This document shows positions 1 through 9,624 of a stretch of 64,000 bases of DNA, in pieces; the first letter of the stretch is position 1; each line of letters starts with the position of its first letter. The stretch covers positions 4,128,001 through 4,192,000 of the forward strand of contig OZ253462.1 of the NCBI GenBank assembly GCA_965261395.1, written 5' to 3'. Both the position numbers and the translations under genes were made by a program. Under the pieces are notes generated by a model, which made no database searches, was not told the DNA's origin, and worked only from the letters and a program-made list of their open reading frames with translations. Source of the DNA: Candidatus Latescibacterota bacterium (lineage in GTDB: Bacteria > Latescibacterota > UBA2968 > UBA8231).

Positions 1-474
1 GGTGGCGGCTCGCTGGCCAACCAAGGCTCGCACCTGATCGATCTCCTGCTGTGGTTCATGGGCGTGCCCAAGACCGTCTATGGCGAGACCGCGATCATGA
101 ACCACGACATTGAGACCGAGGATATTGGCCAGGCCATCTTGAATTTCGAGAGCGGTGCCAAGGGGGGCATCTTGGGCACGACGACCTTCCCGGCAAGCCC
201 TTATTTTAGCGCTGAAGTCCACGGCAGCGAAGGGGGAGTGTTGCTAGACGCCGTGCTGTCGGGCGAGATGCGCGTCTTTGGCGACGGCTTGGAGGAGAAG
301 CTGCACGCCATAGACAACCCGCTGGCCAATGTCGTCGAGGACGTGGTCTCGGCCTTAGAGAACGGGACCGCCTTGCGGGTGGATGGCCGCGAGGGCCGCC
401 GCACCGTGGCGCTGTTGGAAAACATCTACCGCTCGGCGCGGGAGGGAAAGGTGCTGGATTACCATGACGGATAA
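1..474 (+). CDS. Gfo/Idh/MocA family oxidoreductase (5'-truncated by window edge)
   Basis: Frame open from base 1: GGGSLANQGSHLIDLLLWFMG...TED, typical C-terminal half of the family. Confidence 0.85.
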   Translation, partial: GGGSLANQGSHLIDLLLWFMGVPKTVYGETAIMNHDIETEDIGQAILNFESGAKGGILGTTTFPASPYFSAEVHGSEGGVLLDAVLSGEMRVFGDGLEEKLHAIDNPLANVVEDVVSALENGTALRVDGREGRRTVALLENIYRSAREGKVLDYHDG

Positions 475-1492
475 AGTGTGCGCGGCCCTCGTCGGGCTGG
501 ACAATCCCCACAGCAAGGGTTGGCTGACCTCGCTGCAACACTGTGAGGCGGTGGGTCGGTTGGTAGTGTGCGCGGCCGAAGAATGTACTGGCGTCGATCA
601 GGTGTATGGCAGCCTAGACGCGCTGCTGGCGGACGAGAAGCTGGGATTGGCGATAGTCTGTACGCGCAACGACCAAGCGCCAGACCTCATCGCGCAGCTT
701 TTGCAGGCCGGCGTGCCGGTCATTGCCGAGAAACCGGTCGCACGCACGGCCGCTGACATCGTCCGCCTCAACGAAATCGCTGCCGCGCAGCAGGTCTTGT
801 GGGCGACGGCCTTTTTGAACCGCTGTCACCCAATTGCCGGTAAAATGCGCGAACTCATCGCCGCCGGTGTCTTGGGCCGCATCGTCTCCATTGAGGGGCG
901 GATGGTCACCAGCACCGTCCAGCAGCGCAACCCGGACCACTGGCTTTTTGACCGCGCACTCGCGGGCGGGGGGATCCTGCACTGGCTGGCGATCCACACG
1001 GTCGATTTGGTTCGCTATATCAGCGGCTTGGAGTACGAAAGCGTCAGCGCGTACAAGGCGACGCTGAGCGGCACTGGCATCGACGTCGAGGACGTGCTCG
1101 CCGCCTCGTTCCGCATGGACAACGGCGCGCTGGGCAGCCTCCACGCCGGCTATGTCCTGCCGCGCCGCTACGGCGATATCTACTTGTGTTTCAGGGGGAC
1201 TGCAGGGGATGCGACTTGGATGATGCAAGATTGGGATGGGCGCGGCGACCGGCTCATCGTCCAGAGCCAAGCCGAGGGCTGGGCCGAGGACGAGTACCGC
1301 CAATTCGACCTGTCCGTCGGCGCGGCCCCCGGGTACGGCGGGGCGGCCGGGCTTGGGTTTATCGCCGACTTTGTCGCCGCCAGCCGTGGGCAGGGTACTT
1401 TTATCACCAATGGCGACGATGCTTGGCAGGCCATGCGTTTTGTCGATGCGGCGTATGATTCGGCTGAACGAGGATGCCAACTCGAACTGTAA
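464..1492 (+). CDS. Gfo/Idh/MocA family oxidoreductase
   Basis: ATG at 464 overlaps previous stop; AEKPVA and GGGILHWLAIHTVD motifs. Confidence 0.88.
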   Translation: MTDKVCAALVGLDNPHSKGWLTSLQHCEAVGRLVVCAAEECTGVDQVYGSLDALLADEKLGLAIVCTRNDQAPDLIAQLLQAGVPVIAEKPVARTAADIVRLNEIAAAQQVLWATAFLNRCHPIAGKMRELIAAGVLGRIVSIEGRMVTSTVQQRNPDHWLFDRALAGGGILHWLAIHTVDLVRYISGLEYESVSAYKATLSGTGIDVEDVLAASFRMDNGALGSLHAGYVLPRRYGDIYLCFRGTAGDATWMMQDWDGRGDRLIVQSQAEGWAEDEYRQFDLSVGAAPGYGGAAGLGFIADFVAASRGQGTFITNGDDAWQAMRFVDAAYDSAERGCQLEL

Positions 1493-1534
1493 GAAGCAAA
1501 TAGACGCGATAACCTAATTTTAGGAGGCAAACCT

Positions 1535-2818
1535 GTGAAAGTCGTAGATGTCGAGCGAATCGTGGTCGAGGTGCCCTTTACGCAACGCCAGCAAAAAATC
1601 ACGGCCCGAGAGGTGTACAACTGGTGTATCCTAGAACTGTGCCGCGTCACAACCGACAGCGGCCACGTGGGCTGGGGGGAGACGGTCATCCACTATACTT
1701 GGTCTAGGGTGTCCGATGAAGCGGTCGAGCGGGTTGTGGGCCAAAGCCCGGCGGCCCTGATGCACGACGATTCCTTGGGGGCTGGGTTGCAGATGGCGCT
1801 TTTCGACGTGGTCGGCAAGGCCCTTGAAGTGCCCGTGTACCAGCTTATGGGAAATAAGTGCCGCGATTGGGTGCCCTTGTCTTGGTGGTCGATCGACGCC
1901 TCGCCGCAGGATTGGGCCGCGGAGGCCAAAGATGCAGTGCAGGCCGGCTATACCAGCTTTAAGCTCAAGCCCCGGCCTTGGTGGGACATAGCGGCGCAGA
2001 TCGACGCGATCTGTAAGGTTGTTCCCCCTCATTTCAAGTTGGACCTCGACCCCAATGCCACCTGGCAAAACGCCGCCACCGCGATCCCCATTATCGAAAA
2101 GCTCGAAGCCTACGACAACGTGGCCATCTACGAATCCCCCATTCCCCAGGACGACATACTCGGCAACCGGCAGATCCGCGCGGCCAGTAACCGGCCCATT
2201 GCCATGCACTTTGGCTCGCCGCCCTACGTAACCCAGGTGCGGGAGGAGGTCTGCGACGGCTATGTGCTCTGCGCTGGCCAGTCGCAGGTGATGCGCCAAG
2301 GCGCGCTCAGTGCTGAGGCTCAAATGCCCTTCTGGCTACAACTGGTCGGCAACGGCTTGACGACGACGTGGGCCGCGCATTTGGGGGCCGTGCTCACTCA
2401 CGCCACTTGGCCGGCCATAACCTGTATCAATCTGTACAGCCACCAGCTTCTCAAAGAGGCAATCGACGTGGTCGGGGGGTATCACCGGGTGCCCGAGGGA
2501 CCGGGTTTGGGCGTGGAAATCGACGAGCAGGCCATCGCCCGCTACCGGGTGCCTGAGGAGACGCTCAAGTCGCTGCAGGGCGTACCCTACACGCTGCCGG
2601 AGCCGAGGATCATCCGCTCGGTCGTCTATCCCGACGGCAGTTGCGTACATCTGGCCCATTCGGGCCAGGGCTACAGTTACTTCGGTGGTGGGAACGGCCC
2701 GGCCCAAGCCGAAGGCGTACGGCTCGAAACGTGGGCCGACGATGGTTCCAAGGAGTGGCAGCAGCTATTTGCTCGGGCACAGGAACATCCGGTGCGCGAT
2801 CGCTGGCAGTCGCGTTGA
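1535..2818 (+). CDS. Mandelate racemase/muconate lactonizing enzyme (enolase superfamily) protein
   Basis: AGGAGG RBS and GTG start; ALFDVVGK, KLK, DPN, ESP and PEGPGLGVEID motifs. Confidence 0.88.
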   Translation: MKVVDVERIVVEVPFTQRQQKITAREVYNWCILELCRVTTDSGHVGWGETVIHYTWSRVSDEAVERVVGQSPAALMHDDSLGAGLQMALFDVVGKALEVPVYQLMGNKCRDWVPLSWWSIDASPQDWAAEAKDAVQAGYTSFKLKPRPWWDIAAQIDAICKVVPPHFKLDLDPNATWQNAATAIPIIEKLEAYDNVAIYESPIPQDDILGNRQIRAASNRPIAMHFGSPPYVTQVREEVCDGYVLCAGQSQVMRQGALSAEAQMPFWLQLVGNGLTTTWAAHLGAVLTHATWPAITCINLYSHQLLKEAIDVVGGYHRVPEGPGLGVEIDEQAIARYRVPEETLKSLQGVPYTLPEPRIIRSVVYPDGSCVHLAHSGQGYSYFGGGNGPAQAEGVRLETWADDGSKEWQQLFARAQEHPVRDRWQSR

Positions 2819-2859
2819 TTTTTAATTCTTTTTGATTATTACTTTCTATAGATAACATT

Positions 2860-4062
2860 ATGTGTGCCAATAAAATAACTGCTATACAAACCTTTGAATT
2901 GTCGCCCCCGTCGCCGAGCGAGGAAGGCACTCGACCGCTGCGCGAGCAGGCGTGGCTCTGGGCACCTGAGCAGGCCACGCCGATGGATAAATTCGCGCCC
3001 GAGGAGCGGATCATGCCCAAGCCGGGTGGGGTGATTTGGGTCAAGGCCATCGCCGAGGACGGCACCTTTGGCTTGGGTCGCACAGATTCGGGCCATGCAA
3101 CCCAGCCGATCATCGCCGAGTGCCTAGCCCCCCTAGTCGTCGGGCAGGAGGTGGGGGCCATTGACCGGTGCAACGATCGCATGTGGCGGGGGACGCTTTC
3201 TTTTGGCAACGAAGGGCTTACGGCGCGGGCGGTCGCCGGGGTCGATCTGGCGCTGTGGGACCTGTGGGGCAAAACCCTCGACCAGCCCGTCTATCGGCTG
3301 GCCGGAGGCCCGCAGCGGACCCAAATGGACGTCTATGCCACCGGCAACGATGTCGATTGGTACTTGGAGTTGGGCTTCAAAAAATTCAAGCTAGCTCGTC
3401 CGCACGGACCCGTTGATGGCCAAGCCGGAATAGACGGCACGGTCGAACTGATGGCCAAGTGCCGTGAGTTAATTGGCCCGGACGCCGACTTGATGCTCGA
3501 TTGCTGGATGACCTTTGACCTTGACTTTGCCGTGCGCATCTGCGAGGCGCTCAAGCCGTATCGGATGCGCTGGATGGAGGAAATGCTGATGCCCCACGAC
3601 TGGGAGGGGCACCGCGCCCTGCGTCAGCGCGTGCCTTGGCAGACGTTGGCCGACGGCGAGCACTGGTCCACTCGCCATCCCGGCATGAGGGCCGTGCAGG
3701 AGCGACTCGTCGATTTGATCCAGGCCGATATCTACTGGATAGGGGGCTTTACCGAGGCGATGAAACTGGCGCACTACGCCGATTCGCAAGGCGTCCAGAT
3801 GTGTCTGCACACCGGTGCCAACGACCCGTATGGCCAGCACTGGACAGCGGCGATGCCCAACACCCCACTGATCGAGTTTTTCATTGGATCCCTGCCTGGG
3901 GTGCCGCTGGCGGAGTGCTATCTCGGGACCCCTTCAAAGTGGGGGCAGCGGCACTACAAAGTTCCACCGGGGACCAACGTGCCACAAAACGGCCTGCTCG
4001 GTCTGCCCAAAGGCCCCGGCTTTGGGATCGACATTCCCGAGGACTGGCTAAGAAAGGTGTAA
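2860..4062 (+). CDS. Enolase-superfamily acid-sugar dehydratase, L-rhamnonate dehydratase-like
   Basis: VDLALWDLWGK, YATGND, LMLDCWM, WMEE, GEH and PGFGID motifs. Confidence 0.82.
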   Translation: MCANKITAIQTFELSPPSPSEEGTRPLREQAWLWAPEQATPMDKFAPEERIMPKPGGVIWVKAIAEDGTFGLGRTDSGHATQPIIAECLAPLVVGQEVGAIDRCNDRMWRGTLSFGNEGLTARAVAGVDLALWDLWGKTLDQPVYRLAGGPQRTQMDVYATGNDVDWYLELGFKKFKLARPHGPVDGQAGIDGTVELMAKCRELIGPDADLMLDCWMTFDLDFAVRICEALKPYRMRWMEEMLMPHDWEGHRALRQRVPWQTLADGEHWSTRHPGMRAVQERLVDLIQADIYWIGGFTEAMKLAHYADSQGVQMCLHTGANDPYGQHWTAAMPNTPLIEFFIGSLPGVPLAECYLGTPSKWGQRHYKVPPGTNVPQNGLLGLPKGPGFGIDIPEDWLRKV

Positions 4063-4064
4063 TC

Positions 4065-5075
4065 GTGAAAATCACCCAGATCGAAGAGTTTGTCACCGCG
4101 GTGCCGCATATCCCCGCAATTGAAAAGAGTCGTCCCGGCCATTACTTGGAACAGCCCATCAGCCTGATTAAAGTGCATACCGACGAAGGGATCTGCGGAG
4201 TGGGTGAAGGGGGACGCGGTGGCTCACTGGCCAGCTTAGAAGCCGAATGGATCGGCGTTGATCCCATGCAGGTCAACTTGGGAGACAAAGGCGGGGCGAT
4301 GATCATGGCCCTGTACGACATCGTCGGCAAGGCCCTCGGGGTACCGGCTTGGAAGCTGATGGGGTCCAAGCACTGGGACCGGGTGCCGGTGGGCTGGTGG
4401 TCGCCGCCGCTGGAGCCGCGCGAATTCGCCGCCATGGCCGAGGAGGGAGCCAAACGAGGGTTCAAGACCCACAAGCTCAAGGCGCGGCCTTGGAACATCG
4501 TCGAGACCGTCAAGTTGATGACCAAAGCCGCCGGCCCGGACTACGGCATTATCGTCGATCCGAATTTCACCTTTGGCGATTTGAGCACCAGCCTGCGGCT
4601 GGCCGAGTCATTAGAGCCGTATAACATCGAGGCATTTGAGGATCCCTTTCAATACTTGCCGGGCTGGCATCAGTACCGCGACTTTCGCCGCCATACCCGC
4701 ATCCGGCTCGCGCCCCATTTAGGCGATCCGCAGATGGTGCTGAGCGCGATCCGCGCCGAGGCAGCCGATTGCTTCAATCTGGGCGGCAACGTCGAGCGCG
4801 CACAGATCTGTGCCGGTATGGCCGCGGCGGCCGGTCTGCCGGTCTGGTTGCAGGTCGTGGGGTTGGGGCTAGGCGTGTCGGGTGCGTATGGCACGCACGT
4901 CCACGCGACTATTCCCAATGCGACCATCCCCTCCGACAGCCTACATTTCACGCGCGAGAACGACCTAATCGGCGGTGCGCTGACGCTGGTCGATGGCTTC
5001 GTCTCCGTGCCGGACGCGCCCGGACTGGGCGTTGAGCTGGATATGGAGGCCGTGGAGAAGTATCGCGTGGGGTAG
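4065..5075 (+). CDS. Mandelate racemase/muconate lactonizing enzyme family protein
   Basis: GTG at 4065 just after previous stop; ALYDIVGK, KLK, DPN, EDP and PDAPGLGVELD motifs. Confidence 0.85.
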   Translation: MKITQIEEFVTAVPHIPAIEKSRPGHYLEQPISLIKVHTDEGICGVGEGGRGGSLASLEAEWIGVDPMQVNLGDKGGAMIMALYDIVGKALGVPAWKLMGSKHWDRVPVGWWSPPLEPREFAAMAEEGAKRGFKTHKLKARPWNIVETVKLMTKAAGPDYGIIVDPNFTFGDLSTSLRLAESLEPYNIEAFEDPFQYLPGWHQYRDFRRHTRIRLAPHLGDPQMVLSAIRAEAADCFNLGGNVERAQICAGMAAAAGLPVWLQVVGLGLGVSGAYGTHVHATIPNATIPSDSLHFTRENDLIGGALTLVDGFVSVPDAPGLGVELDMEAVEKYRVG

Positions 5076-5106
5076 GGCATTTATACCTAGGCACGGAAGT
5101 CGCACC

Positions 5107-7395
5107 ATGAAAAATCAACGCGAATTGGGGTCTGTTCTTCGGGCCTTGCTGATCTGTGGCATGGTACAGTCACCCGTAATGGGCGAGGAACTACGGATCG
5201 GGACCAACGCGGATTGGGATCAGTGGCAGCGGCCCGGCAACGCCATCGAAATCAGCCGTGGAAAAGCTAGCCCCAGATTCGTGCGGCGGAATATCGACGC
5301 GGTCGCCAATGCTGGGGATTTCGGCGGTGGCATTCGCGCCGCAGGCTCTAACAGTGGCGATGCTGGCAACCTGATCGACGGGAGCTTGGACAGCTTCTGG
5401 GCTCCCGATTGGGACGACGATCCCGAAAACATGTACGTCGAGGTCGATCTGGGCCGCGTCGTTTCCGCGCGGCGCGTGGTCTTGCGGCTCAGGGAAGATG
5501 GGCCGCCGCTGGAGTTGTTTCAGGTTCTACTGTCCAATGGCGAGCGCTTTTTTGATTCGACCGGACTGCCCCTGCCGAGCATTGTGCGCTACAGCGATCG
5601 CTTCCGCTACAGCTTCAACCAGCAGCGGGAGTTAGTCATCGAATACGGCCTTAAACCACTGCAATTCATTCGCATCGAAGTGGACTTGCCCACTGAGGGA
5701 GCGGGGATTAGCTCGATTGCGGTGGAGGCCGTGGGGGACAATATCTCGCTGGGGATGCGAGAACGCGGCGGTCAGGTCGATATCCTCAACGAAATCGGCA
5801 CGCGGGCCGAAGGCTACGAGTCAACGGGCAATAGCAACGCGCTGATCGACGGCGACATCGTGTCGAGTTGGCGCTACTATGGGTTTTCCCAACCGGGCGA
5901 CACTGAATTTACCTTTGACTTGGGTGCTCTGTACTGGGTTGATCGGGTGCGGATTTTGGGCGATCTAGCCGGAATCGCGCCCAGCAGCGTTGACTGGCGC
6001 TGGACCCGGCGCAACGCCATCCACTTCCCTTGGTATATCATCTGGGGGTCGGACGGATCGCTGGCACCAGACGGATCGCTGCGCTGGCAGGTCCTAGGGG
6101 AATTGCCCGAACATCCCCGCAATTTGCGCGATATCGTCCACTTTGAAGAGCAGTTCTCCCTCCGACCGCTGCGCTATCTGCGGATGCGCTATCCGAACAG
6201 ACAGTGTTGTATCACCGGTACGACGGCCGAATTCCAGGTCTTTGGCGAAGGCTATCCCGCTGGCACCATCATGCAATCCCCGATCTACGATCTGGGGGCG
6301 GTGCGCAACGCCTCGGCGTTGCGTTGGCAGATCGAGGTACCTGAGGGGACCCGCGTAGAAATTCGCTCGCGGACGGGCAATCTGTTGCAGGGATCCTACG
6401 TCTTCCACGACAAGAACGGCAAGGAAGTAACCGAAAGGAAATACGACAAGCTCATACCCAGTTTCAAAGGCCAGATCGATACCGTCCGTTCGCCCGGCGA
6501 CGACTGGAGTATCTGGAGTCAGGCGTACGAGCGGTCGGATCGGGGCTTTCTCTCGCCGGCACCGAGGCGTTTCGTCCAATTGCAGGCCTATTTGTTCAGT
6601 GACGACCCGATGCAAGGGGCGGTCCTCGACGAACTGGTTCTCAGTTACGACGAGCCTTTGGCAGCGGCAACGCGAGCGGAGATTGACCCGATTCAAGCCC
6701 AACCAGGACAGCGCACGGAGTTCACCTATTATCTTGGTTGGGACACAGGTGCTGGCAGCACGGGTTTCGATCAGTTACTCATGCGTTCAGGAGCAGACAT
6801 TGAACTGGGCGAGATCCGCTCTGCGGGGCGGGTATTGGACGCGGAGGTCTCCCGAGTGGATGGCGGATTGGACATCGCCTTTGCCGATCCGTTCGTCCGG
6901 GCCGGGTTGATCGAGCTCGACTTCGCCAGCACGATATACCGCCAACGGACGCCCTTTGAGGCGTTTATAGCCAGCGGTCGGGGAGAGCAACAGATAAGGC
7001 AACGGGTGGATGTGGGCGATGCCAGCGATGCGGTTGCCAGCGAAGGGATCGCCGTGTCGCTGCCCGTCAGCTCGGCGTTAATTGACGGACTCGCGTTGTC
7101 AACCGCGCTCGTGACCCCCAACGGAGATGGCATCGGCGATTTGCTGCGGATAGAATTCGCCCTGTTGAACGTCCTCCAGCCCCGCTTGCTACACGTGGCA
7201 CTCTACGACCTGAGCGGCCGAAAGGTCCGGGTACTGCACGACCAGCAGCAAACAGCCGGGCCGCTAACGTTGAGTTGGGATGGACAGGACGAATCCGGGC
7301 AGCTAGCCGCACCGGGGAACTACATTTTGCGGATGGAAGTGCAAGGGGACGCGCAGACGCAGAAAACGACCAAAATCATCGCTTTGGCCTACTGA
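5107..7395 (+). CDS. Large secreted protein with discoidin/F5-8C-like domains and C-terminal FlgD Ig-like domain
   Basis: N-terminal signal-like segment; two LIDG..SxW..(V/F)DLG repeats; C-terminal TPNGDG...YDLSGRKVR...WDGQDESG...PGNY. Confidence 0.7.
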   Translation: MKNQRELGSVLRALLICGMVQSPVMGEELRIGTNADWDQWQRPGNAIEISRGKASPRFVRRNIDAVANAGDFGGGIRAAGSNSGDAGNLIDGSLDSFWAPDWDDDPENMYVEVDLGRVVSARRVVLRLREDGPPLELFQVLLSNGERFFDSTGLPLPSIVRYSDRFRYSFNQQRELVIEYGLKPLQFIRIEVDLPTEGAGISSIAVEAVGDNISLGMRERGGQVDILNEIGTRAEGYESTGNSNALIDGDIVSSWRYYGFSQPGDTEFTFDLGALYWVDRVRILGDLAGIAPSSVDWRWTRRNAIHFPWYIIWGSDGSLAPDGSLRWQVLGELPEHPRNLRDIVHFEEQFSLRPLRYLRMRYPNRQCCITGTTAEFQVFGEGYPAGTIMQSPIYDLGAVRNASALRWQIEVPEGTRVEIRSRTGNLLQGSYVFHDKNGKEVTERKYDKLIPSFKGQIDTVRSPGDDWSIWSQAYERSDRGFLSPAPRRFVQLQAYLFSDDPMQGAVLDELVLSYDEPLAAATRAEIDPIQAQPGQRTEFTYYLGWDTGAGSTGFDQLLMRSGADIELGEIRSAGRVLDAEVSRVDGGLDIAFADPFVRAGLIELDFASTIYRQRTPFEAFIASGRGEQQIRQRVDVGDASDAVASEGIAVSLPVSSALIDGLALSTALVTPNGDGIGDLLRIEFALLNVLQPRLLHVALYDLSGRKVRVLHDQQQTAGPLTLSWDGQDESGQLAAPGNYILRMEVQGDAQTQKTTKIIALAY

Positions 7396-7514
7396 GTTTA
7401 TTTGCAGTCTCGATAGGCCGCATCGTCTCCAGGGCAAAAGCCGCCGCGCGGGGTGGGAAGCCTTGCGATGGATACGCAAACCGCATATTTTTTAATCAGA
7501 TACAGCACCGACTA

Positions 7515-7590
7515 GAGCCTATAGCTCAGCTGGTAGAGCACCGGACTTTTAATCCGTAGGTCCTGGGTTCGACCCCCAGTGGGCTCACCA
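7515..7590 (+). tRNA. tRNA-Lys (TTT)
   Basis: GAGCCTA/TGGGCTC acceptor stem, anticodon loop CTTTTAA, GGTTCGAC T-loop, encoded CCA. Confidence 0.96.
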
Positions 7591-7630
7591 AAAAAACGGG
7601 CACTTGCGACTCATTGCAGGTGCCCGTTTT
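7591..7630. terminator. Bidirectional intrinsic terminator
   Basis: AAAACGGGCACTTGC...GCAGGTGCCCGTTTT hairpin between convergent tRNA-Lys and PhyH gene. Confidence 0.8.
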
Positions 7631-7648
7631 GGTTGGTTTTGATTTTGT

Positions 7649-8449
7649 TTAAGTGAGCCGTACCACGTCCTCTTTGACGACCTCCTTGACATGGGTATAG
7701 TGGGCCGGGGCCATCAGTTCTCTAGTCTGAGGCGACAAGCGGTCATAGAGGACTTCCGGGACCGCGGCTTGCCCCTTGAATTGGGGCCGGTAGCGCAATA
7801 CCAAGGTGCGGCGCAGGCGATCCTTGGGCTTCCATTGCAAGGTCCCGTGGGCCAGCATTTCCGTCATTACCACGGCGTCGCCGGCCTGCGGCGTCACGTT
7901 GACGACCCCAACAGGCAGGTCCTCCAAATGGGCGGTGACGCCGCCGTTGAACAGGCTGGGCGGCCGCGCAAACGCCGCCTTGTGCGAGCCTGGGACTACC
8001 AACAAGCCGCCATCGCTTGGGAAAACGTCGTCGAAATAGGGGAAGATGACGAAATCGTCGCAGAAGATGCGGTCCTCGCGGGTGTCGTAACGCGTGCTTT
8101 GCCAGCCAAAGTCCTCGCGGGCACAATGCAGGCGCAGCGGCTCGTGCTGGTGGCTATCTATCAACAGGGTTCCCCGGCTAAAAGCGGGCCGGTCGTGGGT
8201 GAACTCTTTGATGATGGGCCACAGAATAGGGTGGAAGATCAGGGATTCGAGCGCCTTGTCGAAAGCAAAGCCGTTGGCGTAGGACTTGCCGTCTTCGGAA
8301 CGGGAAAAGCCCTCGGGCAGCTCGTCGTCGGGCGTGGTCATATAGCGATCTATGGCTGCTCGGGCGGCCGCTAGTTCGCTGGCACTGAGTATATTGGGAA
8401 GGTGCAAATAGCCGTTGATGTCGAATAGATAGCGCTGTTCGGGGGTCAT
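7649..8449 (-). CDS. Phytanoyl-CoA dioxygenase (PhyH) family Fe(II)/2OG enzyme
   Basis: FDINGYL, VVPGSHK, AGDAVV...HGT...RR motifs. Confidence 0.88.
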   Translation of the reverse strand: MTPEQRYLFDINGYLHLPNILSASELAAARAAIDRYMTTPDDELPEGFSRSEDGKSYANGFAFDKALESLIFHPILWPIIKEFTHDRPAFSRGTLLIDSHQHEPLRLHCAREDFGWQSTRYDTREDRIFCDDFVIFPYFDDVFPSDGGLLVVPGSHKAAFARPPSLFNGGVTAHLEDLPVGVVNVTPQAGDAVVMTEMLAHGTLQWKPKDRLRRTLVLRYRPQFKGQAAVPEVLYDRLSPQTRELMAPAHYTHVKEVVKEDVVRLT

Positions 8450-9273
8450 GCATCCGCTTCCATCGGCAACATGGTCTCCAGGGTAAAAGCCGCCGCGTGC
8501 TTGTGCCCGCCGCCGCCGTAATCGCGCGCTATGCGGCCCACATCTGCGGCTGCGTCCCCCTTGGAGCGCAGATTGTACACGACCCTGCTGTCGGGGCGGA
8601 TAAAGAACACGGCGGAAAAGGGATGCCCATCGGCGAGGGCATTGCCGATTTCAGAGGTCAGAAACGTGGCATTGGTAATGGGGACGCGAAACCCGCTAAT
8701 GGTGGTCCAACCGTGGTAGCGGACGCGCGGCCGGATGAGCCGGTGTTGGAAGCGGAGAATGGCTTGGCCTTCCACGGCGAGGGCTTGCGGCCCTTTTTCG
8801 GCGAGTTCGTCCCACACCGCAAAGTCGCGTGGGTACGAGGCGAGGGCGGCGTTGACGGCCTTGGAATCGGGCAAGTCCCACTGCCATAGGTCGCGGTCTT
8901 CGGTATAGGCCACTAGCCAGGGGACGTCGTCGGCACTGACCTGAGAGCGGGGGTCGAAAAAGTGTTCCCAAGTCATGCGCGCCCCAGACTTGTCCTCGGC
9001 GAATACGCAATAGTCGAGCCCGGCTAAGGCCTGCGCGGCCGTTTCGTGATGGTCCAAAACCAAGAGCGAGCGGGCCTGCTCGTGCATCTCCATGAGCTGC
9101 CCCCGCTCATAGCTGAAGTCGAGGATGACAACGTCGCGGCCAGCCGTAGCTGGCGGGTCGGTGTTGTATTGAACCGCCTTAAACTCGGTTTGCGGATTGA
9201 CGTAGCGGCGATAGATCCACGCGGCACAGAAGCCGTCGTTACAGCCTCCGTGGAACAGGACCAAAGGTTTCAT
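8446..9273 (-). CDS. DHH/DHHA1 family phosphoesterase
   Basis: HxxCxDG, LDFS, LDHH, DRDLW and GGGGH motifs. Confidence 0.88.
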   Translation of the reverse strand: MKPLVLFHGGCNDGFCAAWIYRRYVNPQTEFKAVQYNTDPPATAGRDVVILDFSYERGQLMEMHEQARSLLVLDHHETAAQALAGLDYCVFAEDKSGARMTWEHFFDPRSQVSADDVPWLVAYTEDRDLWQWDLPDSKAVNAALASYPRDFAVWDELAEKGPQALAVEGQAILRFQHRLIRPRVRYHGWTTISGFRVPITNATFLTSEIGNALADGHPFSAVFFIRPDSRVVYNLRSKGDAAADVGRIARDYGGGGHKHAAAFTLETMLPMEADA

Positions 9274-9363
9274 TAATTAGAAGCCCCTTCCTTGACAGGG
9301 ATGAGAGGGGGGCGATATGTTTTTCTCAATATATCGCGTCCCCTGTACATCGGAAAGGCCAAA

Positions 9364-9624
9364 GTGGAAGACACTACTCCTGTAATCAAAGCCTACCTCA
9401 ATCCGTATTGCCCTTGGAGCCCGGGAGTGCGGGCGGTACTCGATAGAGCCGGGTTACAATACGGAGAATTGGATATTACCAACGACCGCAAAGCCTTTGA
9501 GGAAATGGTCGCCAAGAGCCGACAGTACGCTTCGCCCTGCGTGGGAATCGACGGCGTTATGCTGGCCGATGTGGGAGGAGAGGAGGTCGCGGCGTGGTTG
9601 CGGCAGCGCGGCTTGCTATGTTGA
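9364..9624 (+). CDS. Glutaredoxin family protein
   Basis: CPWS motif and SPCV cis-Pro motif; GTG start after GGAAAGG; TTGACA-18-TATGTT upstream. Confidence 0.75.
   Translation: MEDTTPVIKAYLNPYCPWSPGVRAVLDRAGLQYGELDITNDRKAFEEMVAKSRQYASPCVGIDGVMLADVGGEEVAAWLRQRGLLC

Noticed and set aside
3636-4064. Long 5' extension of ORF 3636..5075 overlapping the upstream gene
   Set aside because: Arg/Gly-rich off-frame sequence typical of high GC; real start is GTG at 4065
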